Source: Terriglobia bacterium (GTDB lineage Bacteria; Acidobacteriota; Terriglobia; JAJPHL01; JAPKYU01). From it: 64,000 nucleotides of DNA. Below, piece after piece: positions 1-9,633 of this stretch. Both the position numbers and the translations under genes were made by a program. The first letter of the stretch is position 1. Each line of letters starts with the position of its first letter. Location of the stretch: assembly GCA_965206645.1 (NCBI GenBank), contig CBDBKE010000002.1, positions 1 to 64,000 of the forward strand, given 5' to 3'. Below the pieces are notes generated by a model. That model made no database searches. It was not told the DNA's origin and saw nothing but the letters and a program-made list of their open reading frames with translations.

Positions 1-1029
1 CTCGCCCTGGTGATGCTCCACCTTGGCGACAACTCTTCTGGCCCTCGACCAACTCCCCGCCTGATAGCGGAAACTCTTGTAGCGCACCAAGGGTTTGCGG
101 GAGGGCCCGCCCGGCGGCCGAAACAGGATGTCCTCGATCTCCAGCTCCAGGTCCTATTGGCCGGAATGCGGACCACGTAGTCCACGCCACGCTCTTCCAT
201 CGCCTCGTAGATCTCCGGCTTGGCGAAGGCGGCGTCGACGCGAAAGGTGATCTGTTTGCCTTCAGCCTGCTGTCGTTCGATCTCCGGCAGCAATAGTTCA
301 TCCGAGTCCTCGGCGCTGTGGACATTCCCTGAGCGCAGCTGGGCCGCCAGACAGTCGCCGTCTCGATTGAACAAAAGCAGCGGGTGATAGCAAGTGGACT
401 CGAAGTGCCCGTTGTAGGCGCTCTGTTCCTGCTCCCCGTAGACCGGAATCTCGGTTGAGTCCATATCCAGCACCGCTCGGTAGTGCCACTGGAAGGCTTC
501 GACCTTTCCGATCAGTTCCCGGTTGATCCGGGCTAACCCGACGAAGTTCTCCACCTTCGCCAGCATCTCCGTCTCGAAAGTTTGCAACCTGGAGGTCAGC
601 GCCGCGCCTCGTTCCCAAGTCTTCTCTGAACCAATCAGCCGAAAGGTCGGGTCTTGCGACAGCCGCTCGGCATCATTTACATCCTCGTATCCAGCTAGGC
701 GACTGTAGACCGACTGCCGCAGCAAGTCCGCGAAAGAAAACCGAGCATTGTTTGCCCGCGAATCGGTCAGGTGCTCGTCAATGAGTTCGCTGAATCCCAG
801 ACGCTCATCCAACTCCCGGACCAGAATCAGTCCACCATTGGAAGTCACCCGTGATCCCTGAAACCCGACTCGCAGAAATCGGTTGAACGACAGCTGAAAT
901 CCCTGTTTTTCGCTCTCACCCATTGGGTTTACGCCTCCGAACGCTCCGATTGATGCTGCAACCAGTATCAACATTGACGTTGGAGGTTAGCTGAAGGTTG
1001 CCGCTGCGTTTCCAAAAAGGAAATCCGGG
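1..1029 (-). mobile_element. IS1380-family element, degraded and cut by the window edge; transposase starts at ATG 923 and is frameshifted
   Basis: Closely similar to the IS1380 copy at 15653-16981 (MGESEKQGFQLSFNRFLRVGFQGSRVTSNGGLILVRELDERL); terminal IR-like end ccaaaaaggaaatccggg at ~1012-1029. Confidence 0.85.
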
Positions 1030-1042
1030 TATAGTACCCTCC

Positions 1043-1936
1043 ATGCCGCTTGCGTTGGTCGCATCCGTCATCGGGGCAATCCTGGTGCTTTGTCCCATCT
1101 CCGGTGTGTTGGCCCAGAGCGGAGCCGGGAGACCGCCCCGCTCCGGGTGGTACCTCGGCGGGAGCATCGGATCGAATTGGGCGTCCGACATGGACCAGGA
1201 GGGCTGGAATCGGGATCCGCTCTGCTATCCGACCGACGCTTGTTTCGATGCGGACCCTGTCCCGGAAATCCCCGGATACCGGTGGCGTTACGATATCGAC
1301 GCTACCGCTGGAGCCGAGTTTGAGCTTTCGGCCGGCCGCATCTTCGATCGCACACGCCTGGAACTATCGCTCGGGCAGCGGAAGAACAACACCGACCAGA
1401 TGTTCCGCAGCATCACCGATTACGATGGGACACCCATGGAGGAACGACGCGGCGGTTCGGTCGTATCTGATACCCGGGCCTCGATCGACAATCTCACCCT
1501 GCGCACTTTTTCTCTCAATGCGTACTACGATTTTCCGGATGCGTACCGCGGGATTTCTCCATACTTTGGGGGTGGGCTGGGTCCCGCGTTCGTCAAGGTG
1601 TCCGGGGTTCGGTTCTCCAATGATTACCAGGACACATCGGGCAATGCTCAGGCTTACGATCCTCCCCTTTCGTTCTACAACAGCCGCCAAGACACCGACC
1701 TGTCCGATACGGTCGTGGCCGCGCACCTGCACGCCGGGGCCGACTACAGCCTGAACAACAAGACATTGTTGGGACTGAAGCTGACCTACTCGATGATGGG
1801 CGACATTGAAGCCCGCAGCAGATACTTGCTTCACCCACTTCATGAGCGGGACCCCGACTTCCCCAACCACAACATGTTCACCGACACGCGTCACTGGACG
1901 CTGGCGTTTACAGTCAAATTCCTGTTCGGCAAATGA
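1043..1936 (+). CDS. Outer-membrane beta-barrel protein (OmpA/Opa-like 8-stranded family) with long loops
   Basis: Signal-peptide-like N-terminus, GWYLGGSIG first strand, LNAYYDF...SPYFGGGLG and AGADYSL motifs, C-terminal aromatic strand; ATG 1043 chosen because the longer ORF begins inside the IS. Confidence 0.7.
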   Translation: MPLALVASVIGAILVLCPISGVLAQSGAGRPPRSGWYLGGSIGSNWASDMDQEGWNRDPLCYPTDACFDADPVPEIPGYRWRYDIDATAGAEFELSAGRIFDRTRLELSLGQRKNNTDQMFRSITDYDGTPMEERRGGSVVSDTRASIDNLTLRTFSLNAYYDFPDAYRGISPYFGGGLGPAFVKVSGVRFSNDYQDTSGNAQAYDPPLSFYNSRQDTDLSDTVVAAHLHAGADYSLNNKTLLGLKLTYSMMGDIEARSRYLLHPLHERDPDFPNHNMFTDTRHWTLAFTVKFLFGK

Positions 1937-2020
1937 ACGGGTTCATTGGATCGTCTCGCCCTGCAAGCCTCAGGCGACTTTAATCTTGCAGAATCTCTTG
2001 ATCCCAGTTAGTCTTCTCAA

Positions 2021-3040
2021 ATGATGCAACACCGCCGGCTTTATTTCCTGATTCCATTAATCTTGATGGTCGCCGCGCCGGCTCTCGTTGCCCAGGGGGG
2101 CGCCGAACCGCTGTCTTGCGCGGATCGCTCCGTCACCGCCCGCGCCGTGCGCACTACGAAGGACGTTAAATCGTTCGTCCAATGCGCCTACGAGTTCGCC
2201 CAGGAAGTGGGCTTTGAGAAGGCCCGGCAGGCCTTCCACGAAGACGAGCGCTGGAGAAGCGGCCCAATCTATGTCTTCGTCGACGAAGTGACACCCATAT
2301 CCGACATATCTCGATCGTTCGTCTTCCCACCCGACCCCTCCAGGGAAGGGTCACCGTGGGGACTGCTGGTCGATGTCTTCGGCAACGACTGGTACCGGGA
2401 ACAGCATCGCATCATAAGCAGCTTCGGCGAGGGCTGGATCTACTACTCTTTCGCCAACCCAGAGACCGGCAGGGATGAGCCGAAGGCTTCCTACATCAAG
2501 GGCATGGACTGGGACGGGACCCCTGCCTCGATCGGCGCTGGGGTCTACCGCCGCGACATCCCGGGCACCTGCGAGAGTGAAGAGGTTAACGCCTTGGGGC
2601 TCGCGGCTGCGCCTTCGAGCGAGAGGCTGGAGGAATTTGTGCGTTGCGCCGCAATGGAGCTGGAATCGCATGGGTACTTCGCCATCCGGGCGCTGTCAAG
2701 CGATCCGCGCTGGAGAAACGGCTCGATCTACGTGTTCGGCCTGGATACCTACGGCAACACGCTGTTCAGCGGCGATCCCTACAGCCAGTGGTATGGCGTC
2801 ATTGCTCCCGAGTTGAACGACTATCCGGAAGGACCCTTCGGCGGCCGGGATGTGGTGAGCGTCGGCAACGCGTTCGGTGAAACCTTCCTGTACTACTCGA
2901 CGCGCAATCCCTCGACCGGGAAGCTGCAGCGGAAGGTGACTTTCGTCAAGAGGGTCGTGGCCTATGGCTTGCCGATCCTGGTCGGCTCCGGCTATTATCT
3001 GGACGAGGCGGCGATTCCGGTCATCGAGGCGATTCAGTAG
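2021..3040 (+). CDS. Secreted protein with two tandem Cache (sCache_2-like) domains
   Basis: Signal peptide; two repeats WRSGPIYVFV...GWIYYSFANPETG..EPKASY..IGAGVY and WRNGSIYVFG...YYSTRNPSTGKLQRKVTFV..VGSGYY. Confidence 0.75.
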   Translation: MMQHRRLYFLIPLILMVAAPALVAQGGAEPLSCADRSVTARAVRTTKDVKSFVQCAYEFAQEVGFEKARQAFHEDERWRSGPIYVFVDEVTPISDISRSFVFPPDPSREGSPWGLLVDVFGNDWYREQHRIISSFGEGWIYYSFANPETGRDEPKASYIKGMDWDGTPASIGAGVYRRDIPGTCESEEVNALGLAAAPSSERLEEFVRCAAMELESHGYFAIRALSSDPRWRNGSIYVFGLDTYGNTLFSGDPYSQWYGVIAPELNDYPEGPFGGRDVVSVGNAFGETFLYYSTRNPSTGKLQRKVTFVKRVVAYGLPILVGSGYYLDEAAIPVIEAIQ

Positions 3041-3344
3041 GCCGGGGGGAAGGGGTTCTTCTTTCACACCGAGATGGACCGGGCGCCTATTGTTCTCCAA
3101 GCAGAGTGAAAGATCGGATGCGACTGAGGAGGTCGCCCCTACTCCGCGATAATTCGCGAACCTCGCGTCCCGGCGACAGGCTAGTAATGACCGACTTGCC
3201 GATTAGGTACCGGCCAGAATTCGACTTATTCGCGGACTCCGTCCTTAGTTCCCAAATCGTGTGAAACGCCACGGGAGAGCCTTCGAACGCTCCCAAATAA
3301 AGCATGTTGTGGCCGCTCAGGTTTAGAATTGTACGGAAGGGAAC

Positions 3345-4573
3345 TGCCAGCTCAACCGGTCGATGCAACACAAGCGTTAAATCGTTCTGCCGGAGTTTCA
3401 AACTCCAGCGTCTGACGGGGCCGTTCGTTCAGCTGACGTGCCACCTTGTTCAGATGCGCCTGAGAGTGCACCGACAAGTCCGTTCCCTTGGGGAAGTACT
3501 GTCGGAGTAGACCGTTGGTGTTCTCATTCGAACCGCGCTGCCATGGACTCTGAGGATCACAGAAGTATACGTCAATGTCGGTCGCCAACGTGAACCGTCG
3601 ATGCTCGGCGAGCTCCAGGCCTCGATCCCAAGTCAGAGATTTGTACAGTTCCGTCGGCAGCTTCTTCGCGTGCTTGATGAGCGCCGACACGACCGTCTCC
3701 GTTTTCTTGCTGGATACTTTCGTAAGCATCACGTAGCGCGTATGACGTTCGACCAGAGTCGCAATGTGGCTGTTCTTCGATCCGGACAGCAGATCGCCTT
3801 CCCAATGACCGGGCACGGCACGATCTTCGACCGAGGCCGGGCGCTCACGGATCGATACGATGTCGGTGATCTGTCCTCGTCCATGGCCTCTCAGACTTGC
3901 ATGTCGGGATCGACGAATCGTCCGCTTTGACCGCAGATGCTGCATCAGCTCTGCCTTCAGCGCACCGCGGGCTTGAACAAACAGGCTGCGGTAGATGGTC
4001 TCGTGAGACACGTGATAGGACGGATCCTTCGGATAGGCTCGTTTCAGCCAGCTGGCGATCTGCTCAGGCGACCAGTTTATGCTGAGCTTTCTGGCCACTA
4101 CCCGTCGTAGTTGTGGATGCTTGACCAGCTGACACCGCTTCGGCCGGCGGGCCCTCTCCCCGGCTTGCTCATCGGCCTCCGCTGCTCGATAGTCATTATC
4201 GCCGCCATTCCGCCGAATCTCCCGGCTCACCGTCGATGGTGAGCGACCCAGCAACCCGGCGATGGATCGTATCGATTGATGTGCCGCAATGCCTCGAGAG
4301 ATCTCTTCGCGCTCCGACAACGTCAGTGCCCAACATGAACGGCGTGGTGGCCGAGGACGGATGCCTCCGTACGGAGCAAGCTGATGGTAAACAGACGATG
4401 GCTGCTTACAAAACACTCGTCCAATCGACTTGAGCGACTCCCCTCGTTTCCACCGATCCCACACCTCCTCCAGTTCCGCCAGCGTGTAACCGCGACGAGC
4501 TCTTTGCTTCATCCGCATACACTCCACCTCCTCCTTTCAAGGCAAAGTGTTGCGTCGATGGGTTGAGACCACC
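3345..4573 (-). mobile_element. IS30-family insertion sequence
   Basis: Imperfect terminal IRs ctcaaccggtcgatgcaaca / tgttgcgtcgatgggttgag; ends approximate. Confidence 0.85.
3352..4512 (-). CDS. IS30-family transposase
   Basis: LSEREEI HTH, WSPEQI, SHETIY, GHWEGD, TWDRG, PWQRGSNENTNGLLRQYFPKG. Confidence 0.95.
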   Translation of the reverse strand: MKQRARRGYTLAELEEVWDRWKRGESLKSIGRVFCKQPSSVYHQLAPYGGIRPRPPRRSCWALTLSEREEISRGIAAHQSIRSIAGLLGRSPSTVSREIRRNGGDNDYRAAEADEQAGERARRPKRCQLVKHPQLRRVVARKLSINWSPEQIASWLKRAYPKDPSYHVSHETIYRSLFVQARGALKAELMQHLRSKRTIRRSRHASLRGHGRGQITDIVSIRERPASVEDRAVPGHWEGDLLSGSKNSHIATLVERHTRYVMLTKVSSKKTETVVSALIKHAKKLPTELYKSLTWDRGLELAEHRRFTLATDIDVYFCDPQSPWQRGSNENTNGLLRQYFPKGTDLSVHSQAHLNKVARQLNERPRQTLEFETPAERFNACVASTG

Positions 4574-4747
4574 AACGGCTATGGCCATAATGCGCTCTCG
4601 CTTTTCGGCAAGGGAGAGTTGCTCAATAGTCACATTTTTCCCTGCGTTCGCCTGTCTCCTCGAATTGCGAGGAAGAGGTAAAGCAAACGGAAGGAAGACG
4701 TCCAGGATCGTGGACGAACAGTCGCGATAACCGCTTCAGCTTGACCA

Positions 4748-5031
4748 TTTCGCGATTTCGGTTACCCGGACGCCGACGTACAGCAGATCAAGGCGCTTCT
4801 GGCTGCGCAGATAATCGGCATTCTCGATGATGAAGGTCTCTCCACGCGCAAGGCACAGGAGAAGACGGGCATCCCCCGTGCCGACTTCTCGCGCATCCGC
4901 AACGCGAAACTAGACCGCGCTTTACGATCGATCGCCTTATGACCGTACTCAAGAAGCTCGGCCAGCACGTGGACGTGCAGATCGACGTTCGCCCGCGCGC
5001 GGTCGCTGAAGAAACACCGGCACATCCATGA
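4748..5031 (+). pseudogene. XRE/HTH_37-type (HigA-like) regulator fragment, lacking its start and frameshifted near 4918
   Basis: FRDFGYPDADVQQIKALLAAQII...TGIPRADFSRIRNAKLDR|FTIDRLMTVLKKLGQHVDVQI. Confidence 0.65.
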
Positions 5032-5063
5032 GTTCTCTACAGAAGCAAGGCCGATCTGAACAG

Positions 5064-5368
5064 TGACCGGACCGATTTTTTGTACCAACAGTAGTGAGAG
5101 TCTACATCATAGCCTGGGGCCGTGAAACCGGTTTTGGTAGTAGGAAAGGGTTATAGGCCCCCGGCGCCGGGGGCCTATAGAGCCTGTGTGGAAATTCGGT
5201 TTAGCTGGCTGGAAATCAAAAGGGATCATGATCCGCTCCAGAATTCTGGTGTTTCGATCTTCGCCGAGTCGCCGGTCCGGGAGTCTGCCGAACTAGCCTT
5301 CCTGATCTAGCTTCGGTTTGTTGCGCCACAGGCGGGTGAGGTTGAAGGCCGTTGCGGCCAGCGCGAAC
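5064..5368 (-). mobile_element. Remnant: IS3 right end fused to IS1182 right end (near-duplicate of 9634-9914)
   Basis: tgaccggaccgattttttgtacc IS3 IR followed by gagcctgtgtggaaa IS1182 IR; cut by IS6. Confidence 0.85.
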
Positions 5369-6172
5369 GGTACTGTCAAGTTAGCGTTCGTCGAGCGAGC
5401 CGGTACTCGGGATCGTGATCTCAGTTCGAGTCAGGCGGCGATCGTGACTGCATCCCAAATGAGAAAAGAGCGTCCTCGTAGCTCCCGATGATGCACCGCT
5501 CGCACCAGGTGACGGCCAACGCGGAAGAGGTTGCGGACGAGTCCATGCACGGACAAGAATCGTTGTGCCTGCCCGGGAGATTTGAACCGGCGCATTTGTC
5601 GCTCGCGTTGCCGTGTGGGCTGGTGGGAGACTTCGGCGCGATTGTTCTCGTATCGGTCCGTGCGATGGGCGACGGACGGCATGACCGCTCGGTGCGCAGC
5701 CCTGTAGCTGCTCAGCTTGTCGGTGACCAACCGCCCAGGCGTACGCTCCTGGCCCTTCAACAGCTTGCGGAAAAAGCGTGTAGCCGCCCGACAGTCGCGA
5801 CGCGACTGGACGAGGATATCGATGACGTCACCATCTTGATCGACGGCACGCCAGAGATAGCGCCGCTGTCCCTGGATGGTGACGAAGACCTCGTCCAGGT
5901 GCCAGATGTCGCCCAGCCGGCCCTGTCGACGATTGAGCCGGCGAGCGTATACTGAACCGATCGTGAGGCACCACAGCCGGATCGCTTCGTAGGACACCGT
6001 AATGCCGCGTTGGGCCAGGAGATCTTCGACATCGCGAAAGCTCACACCGAAGCGGTGATACAGCCAGACGGCGTGGCTGATAATGTCGGGTGGGAATCGA
6101 TATCCATGGTAGCTCAGCGTGTCGCGTTTCATCGGCCAAGTCTGCCACGCTCCCACTGAACTTGACAGTACC
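5369..6172 (-). mobile_element. IS6-family insertion sequence
   Basis: Perfect 14-bp IRs ggtactgtcaagtt (5369) / aacttgacagtacc (6159-6172). Confidence 0.93.
5431..6132 (-). CDS. IS6-family transposase
   Basis: YRFPPDII..AVWLY, WHLDEVF, YLWRAVDQDG, VTDKL, NNRAEVSHQPTRQRER. Confidence 0.95.
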   Translation of the reverse strand: MKRDTLSYHGYRFPPDIISHAVWLYHRFGVSFRDVEDLLAQRGITVSYEAIRLWCLTIGSVYARRLNRRQGRLGDIWHLDEVFVTIQGQRRYLWRAVDQDGDVIDILVQSRRDCRAATRFFRKLLKGQERTPGRLVTDKLSSYRAAHRAVMPSVAHRTDRYENNRAEVSHQPTRQRERQMRRFKSPGQAQRFLSVHGLVRNLFRVGRHLVRAVHHRELRGRSFLIWDAVTIAA

Positions 6173-6300
6173 CGTCAGGATGCCATAGGATCCACGATCG
6201 TGGGGCAGGACAACCCCTGGGCAAGGAGGGATCTCCGAAAAACGAGGACTCAACCCCCAAACCTTCCTTGTAAGGGAAACCAGAGCAAAGACCATGATGC

Positions 6301-6375
6301 GCTCCACCGCACAACGCCGCCGCTCAGGGCTCAGAAGTTTCCCCGCGCCACATCCCCAAGCACCTGCTTCTCCAG
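6301..6375 (-). mobile_element. Short internal IS3 fragment (orfA/orfB frameshift region)
   Basis: Matches 29799-29873 (ctccaccgcacaacgccgccgctcagggctcagaagtttccc). Confidence 0.7.
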
Positions 6376-6921
6376 CAGGCAGGCGTCTTCCACGGTTTCC
6401 TCCCAAATCTTTCCTCTCATTGCCCTTACACGGTTTTGGGGCGTCTGCTTTCGCTCGCAACCCCTACGCCTAGCCCGCTTGATGGGCGAGTTTTCTGACG
6501 GTTTCTTGACGGTGGTTGCTGCCACGGCCATGCTCTACGGGCTGCGCAGCACGTTGTTACCGTAATAGTTTTCGAGCTGCAATAGCCCGGCTCGTCGTAA
6601 GGACGCGTTTTAAGACTGCCTGCAGTGCCACCCGTCGTAAGATGGTTCATAAGCTTCAGGCCTTTATGGCGGCGCGTACCGAGGAACTGGAGAAAGAGGC
6701 GGGCTTTTTCCATAAATGAACATCCTTATACTTGGTTGGGTTGCTAAATGGGGCTTAAATATCCATTGATCACTCAAAACCAGCGATGCTTAGATGTGGT
6801 TTTGTGGTTATAGTATCTATAGCTCTGGATCATTGAATCCGGCACCGTCAATTGGAGCGAGAAGACTGCGTGGCAAAGCACCAAATTCCCACGTAATACT
6901 AGGCTGGAGGAACCACAACCT

Positions 6922-8540
6922 ATGGCGAGCCGGACATCCCGAAAGACGCGCACCCACTCGGAAATGACGCCGCAGAGCACGGGCGTCACGACCGGCTACG
7001 AGGCCGAGCTTTGGCAGATGGCCGACACCCTGCGCGGTTCGATGGACGCGGCCGAATACAAGCATGTCGTTCTCGGCCTGATTTTCCTGAAGTACATCTC
7101 CGATGCCTTCGAGGAGAGGCACGCCCGTCTCGTAGGCGAGAAGAAACAAGGCGCCGACCCGGAGGACCCGGACGAGTACCGCGCCGAGAACATCTTCTGG
7201 GTACCTCCCGAGGCGCGCTGGACGCATCTCAAGGCGCAGGCAAAGCAACCCACCATCGGCCAGCTCGTTGACGACGCCATGACCGGCATCGAGCGCGACA
7301 ACCCGGTGCTCAACAACGTGCTGCCCAAGGACTACGCCCGCCCAACGCTGGACAAACAGCGGCTTGGCCAGTTCATCGATCTGATCAGCAACATCAAGGT
7401 CGGCGACGAGAAGGCCCGGTCCAAGGACGTGCTCGGCCGCGTCTACGAGTACTTCCTGTCTCAGTTCGCCAGCGCCGAGGGCAAGAAGGGCGGCGAGTTC
7501 TACACCCGCGCTGCGTGGTCAAGCTCCTGGTCGAGATGCTGGAGCCTTATCGGGGCCGGGTCTACGATCCCTGCTGCGGATCATCCGGCATGTTCGTGCA
7601 ATCGGTGGAGTTCATCCGTGCGCACGCTACCGGCAACGGCAACGGCGGAAGAGCGCCCAAGGTCGCCAAGGCCGACATCTCGATCTATGGGCAGGAGTCG
7701 AACTACACGACCTGGAGACTAGCGAAAATGAGCCTCGCCATCCGAGGCATTGACGGGCAGATCGCCCACGGCGACACGTTCCACAACGACCGCCATCCCG
7801 ACCTCAAGGCCGATTTCATCCTGGCCAATCCACCGTTCAACGTCTCCGACTGGGGTGGCGAGCGGCTCACCGACGACAAGCGCTGGCAATACGGCATCCC
7901 GCCCAAGGGCAGCGCCAACTTCGCCTGGGTGCAGCATATGGTGCACCACCTGGCGCCGGGCGGCACGGCCGGCTTCGTGCTCGCCAACGGCTCGATGTCT
8001 TCGGGCCAGTCTGGCGAGGGCCAGATTAGAAAAAACCTCATCGAAGCGGACCGGGTGAACTGCATGGTGGCGCTGCCGGGCCAGCTTTTCTATTCCACCC
8101 AGATACCCGCCTGCCTGTGGTTCCTCGCCCGTGACCGGCGAAACGGCAAGCTCCGCGACCGGCGCGGCGAAGTGCTGTTCATCGATACCCGCAAGCTGGG
8201 ACGCATGGTGAACCGTACCCACCGCAAGCTGACGGATGAGGATATAGCCCGCATCGCCGATACCTACCATGCCTGGCGGGGCGAGAAAGGCGCGGGAGAG
8301 TACGCCGACACACCCGGTTTCTGCAAGTCGGCGACACTGGAGGAAGTACGCAAGCACGGCCACGTGCTCACGCCCGGCCGCTATGTCGGCGCGGAAGCAC
8401 AAGAGGACGACAGCGAGCCGTTCGAGGACAAGATGAAGCGGCTGGTTGCCAAACTGCGCCAGCAGCAGGCCGAGGCCGCGAAGCTAGACGCCGCCATCAA
8501 GGCTAATCTCAAGAGCCTGGGGTTTGGGAACAGTCCGTAA
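6922..8540 (+). pseudogene. hsdM: Type I restriction-modification methyltransferase HsdM, split by a 1-bp frameshift at ~7505-7510
   Basis: [34 protein letters not shown](P), [14 protein letters not shown]; tac acc cgc lacks one C of the expected YTPR. Confidence 0.9.
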
Positions 8541-8584
8541 TCTGCCGCGATGGCAAGGTCTTCTTTTCTTGCGCCGCGTGACGC

Positions 8585-8614
8585 TTGACGTCTATCGTCA
8601 ATAATCGTTACACT
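8585..8614 (+). promoter_or_regulatory. Probable higBA promoter with a palindromic operator
   Basis: TTGACG (8585)-18 bp-TACACT (8609); inverted repeat ttgacg-tctat-cgtcaa at 8585-8601 overlaps the -35 box. Confidence 0.55.
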
Positions 8615-8623
8615 AGCGTTAGC

Positions 8624-8905
8624 ATGATTCTCGGATACCGGGACAAGAGAACCGAACTGTTCGCCGGTGGAGCTTTCGTCGCAGCATTCCAGGGATTTGA
8701 AAGGCAGGCAACGAAGCGGCTTGCAATCCTGAACGCGGCGCCATTGCTGGACACTTTGAGGGCCTTGCCAAGCAATCGCCTGGAAGCTCTCAGAGGCGAG
8801 AGAGAAGGACAGTACTCCATCCGGATCAACCGGCAATGGCGTATCTGCTTCACTTGGAGCGACGGTCCGGGGCCGACCGACGTCGAGATTGTGGACTATC
8901 ACTAA
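8624..8905 (+). CDS. higB: HigB (RelE-family) toxin
   Basis: PSNRLEALRGEREGQYSIRINRQWRICFTW...VEIVDYH. Confidence 0.92.
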   Translation: MILGYRDKRTELFAGGAFVAAFQGFERQATKRLAILNAAPLLDTLRALPSNRLEALRGEREGQYSIRINRQWRICFTWSDGPGPTDVEIVDYH

Positions 8906-8925
8906 AAGCAAGGAGGACGGGAGGC

Positions 8926-9216
8926 ATGTTGAAGCGTATCGTTCATCCCGGGGAGATTCTGAAAGACGAGCTTGCGGAACTGGGCGTGACTCCAACGACG
9001 TTCGCGCGCCAGATCGATGTGCCGCCGAACCGGATCAGCCAGATTATCGCCGGCAAGCGTTCCGTGACCGGCGACACCGCCCTGCGGTTCGGGCACTGGT
9101 TCGGAGTCGATCCTCAATTCTGGCTGAACCTGCAGACGCAATTCGATCTCGTCGTCGCCGACCAGCGAGTTGGAGCGTTAGTGCGTGAATTGCCGGTCGC
9201 GCCGCAAGCGATGTAA
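8926..9216 (+). CDS. higA: HigA antitoxin (XRE HTH)
   Basis: HPGEIL...VPPNRISQII.GKRSVT.DTALR...FWLNLQ. Confidence 0.92.
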   Translation: MLKRIVHPGEILKDELAELGVTPTTFARQIDVPPNRISQIIAGKRSVTGDTALRFGHWFGVDPQFWLNLQTQFDLVVADQRVGALVRELPVAPQAM

Positions 9217-9261
9217 TTACCGCCTTCTGTCGCAGTTTGTCTCTGCAAAGTATCGCTGGGG

Positions 9262-9396
9262 GCAGGCGGAAAATCGTTCGAGGACAAGAAGAAGCAGCTG
9301 GTTGCCCTGTTGAGGGAGCAGGAGGCCGAGGCCGTTAGGCTGGACGCGGTGATCGCCGACAACCTGAAAGCGCTGGGATTCGGAGGCCAAATATGA
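9262..9396 (+). repeat. Second, diverged copy of the hsdM 3' end
   Basis: [37 protein letters not shown] versus [37 protein letters not shown] at 8416-8540. Confidence 0.85.
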
Positions 9397-9633
9397 ACTA
9401 CAGTGACGAAGACATCCTGTCCAAACTGACATTGGGTGAAGACAGCCATTGGGAATTCAAGCAGATCGAGTTTTCCGGAAATCGCCCGAAGAGTTCGAGC
9501 CGTGATGATTTGGCAGACGAGATTGCAGCGTTCGCCAATGCGAACGGCGGCGTGCTGGTCTGCGGCGTCACCGATAAAGGCGAGGTGCAGGACATGTCGA
9601 GTGAACAGCTCGTCGAGTTGGATTCTTTTCTGG
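9393..9633 (+). pseudogene. AlbA_2 (Schlafen-like) domain protein N-terminus, truncated by IS3
   Basis: GEDSHWEFK...LADEIAAFANANGGVLVCGVTD. Confidence 0.85.

Noticed and set aside
4574-4633. Possible addiction-module antitoxin N-terminus cut by IS30
   Set aside because: Only about 20 codons, too short to support a call.
7500-7515. Programmed frameshift or phase variation in hsdM
   Set aside because: A single missing C in a short run, with no slippery heptamer or long tract; mutation or long-read error is more likely, as for the indels at ~42790 and ~15210.
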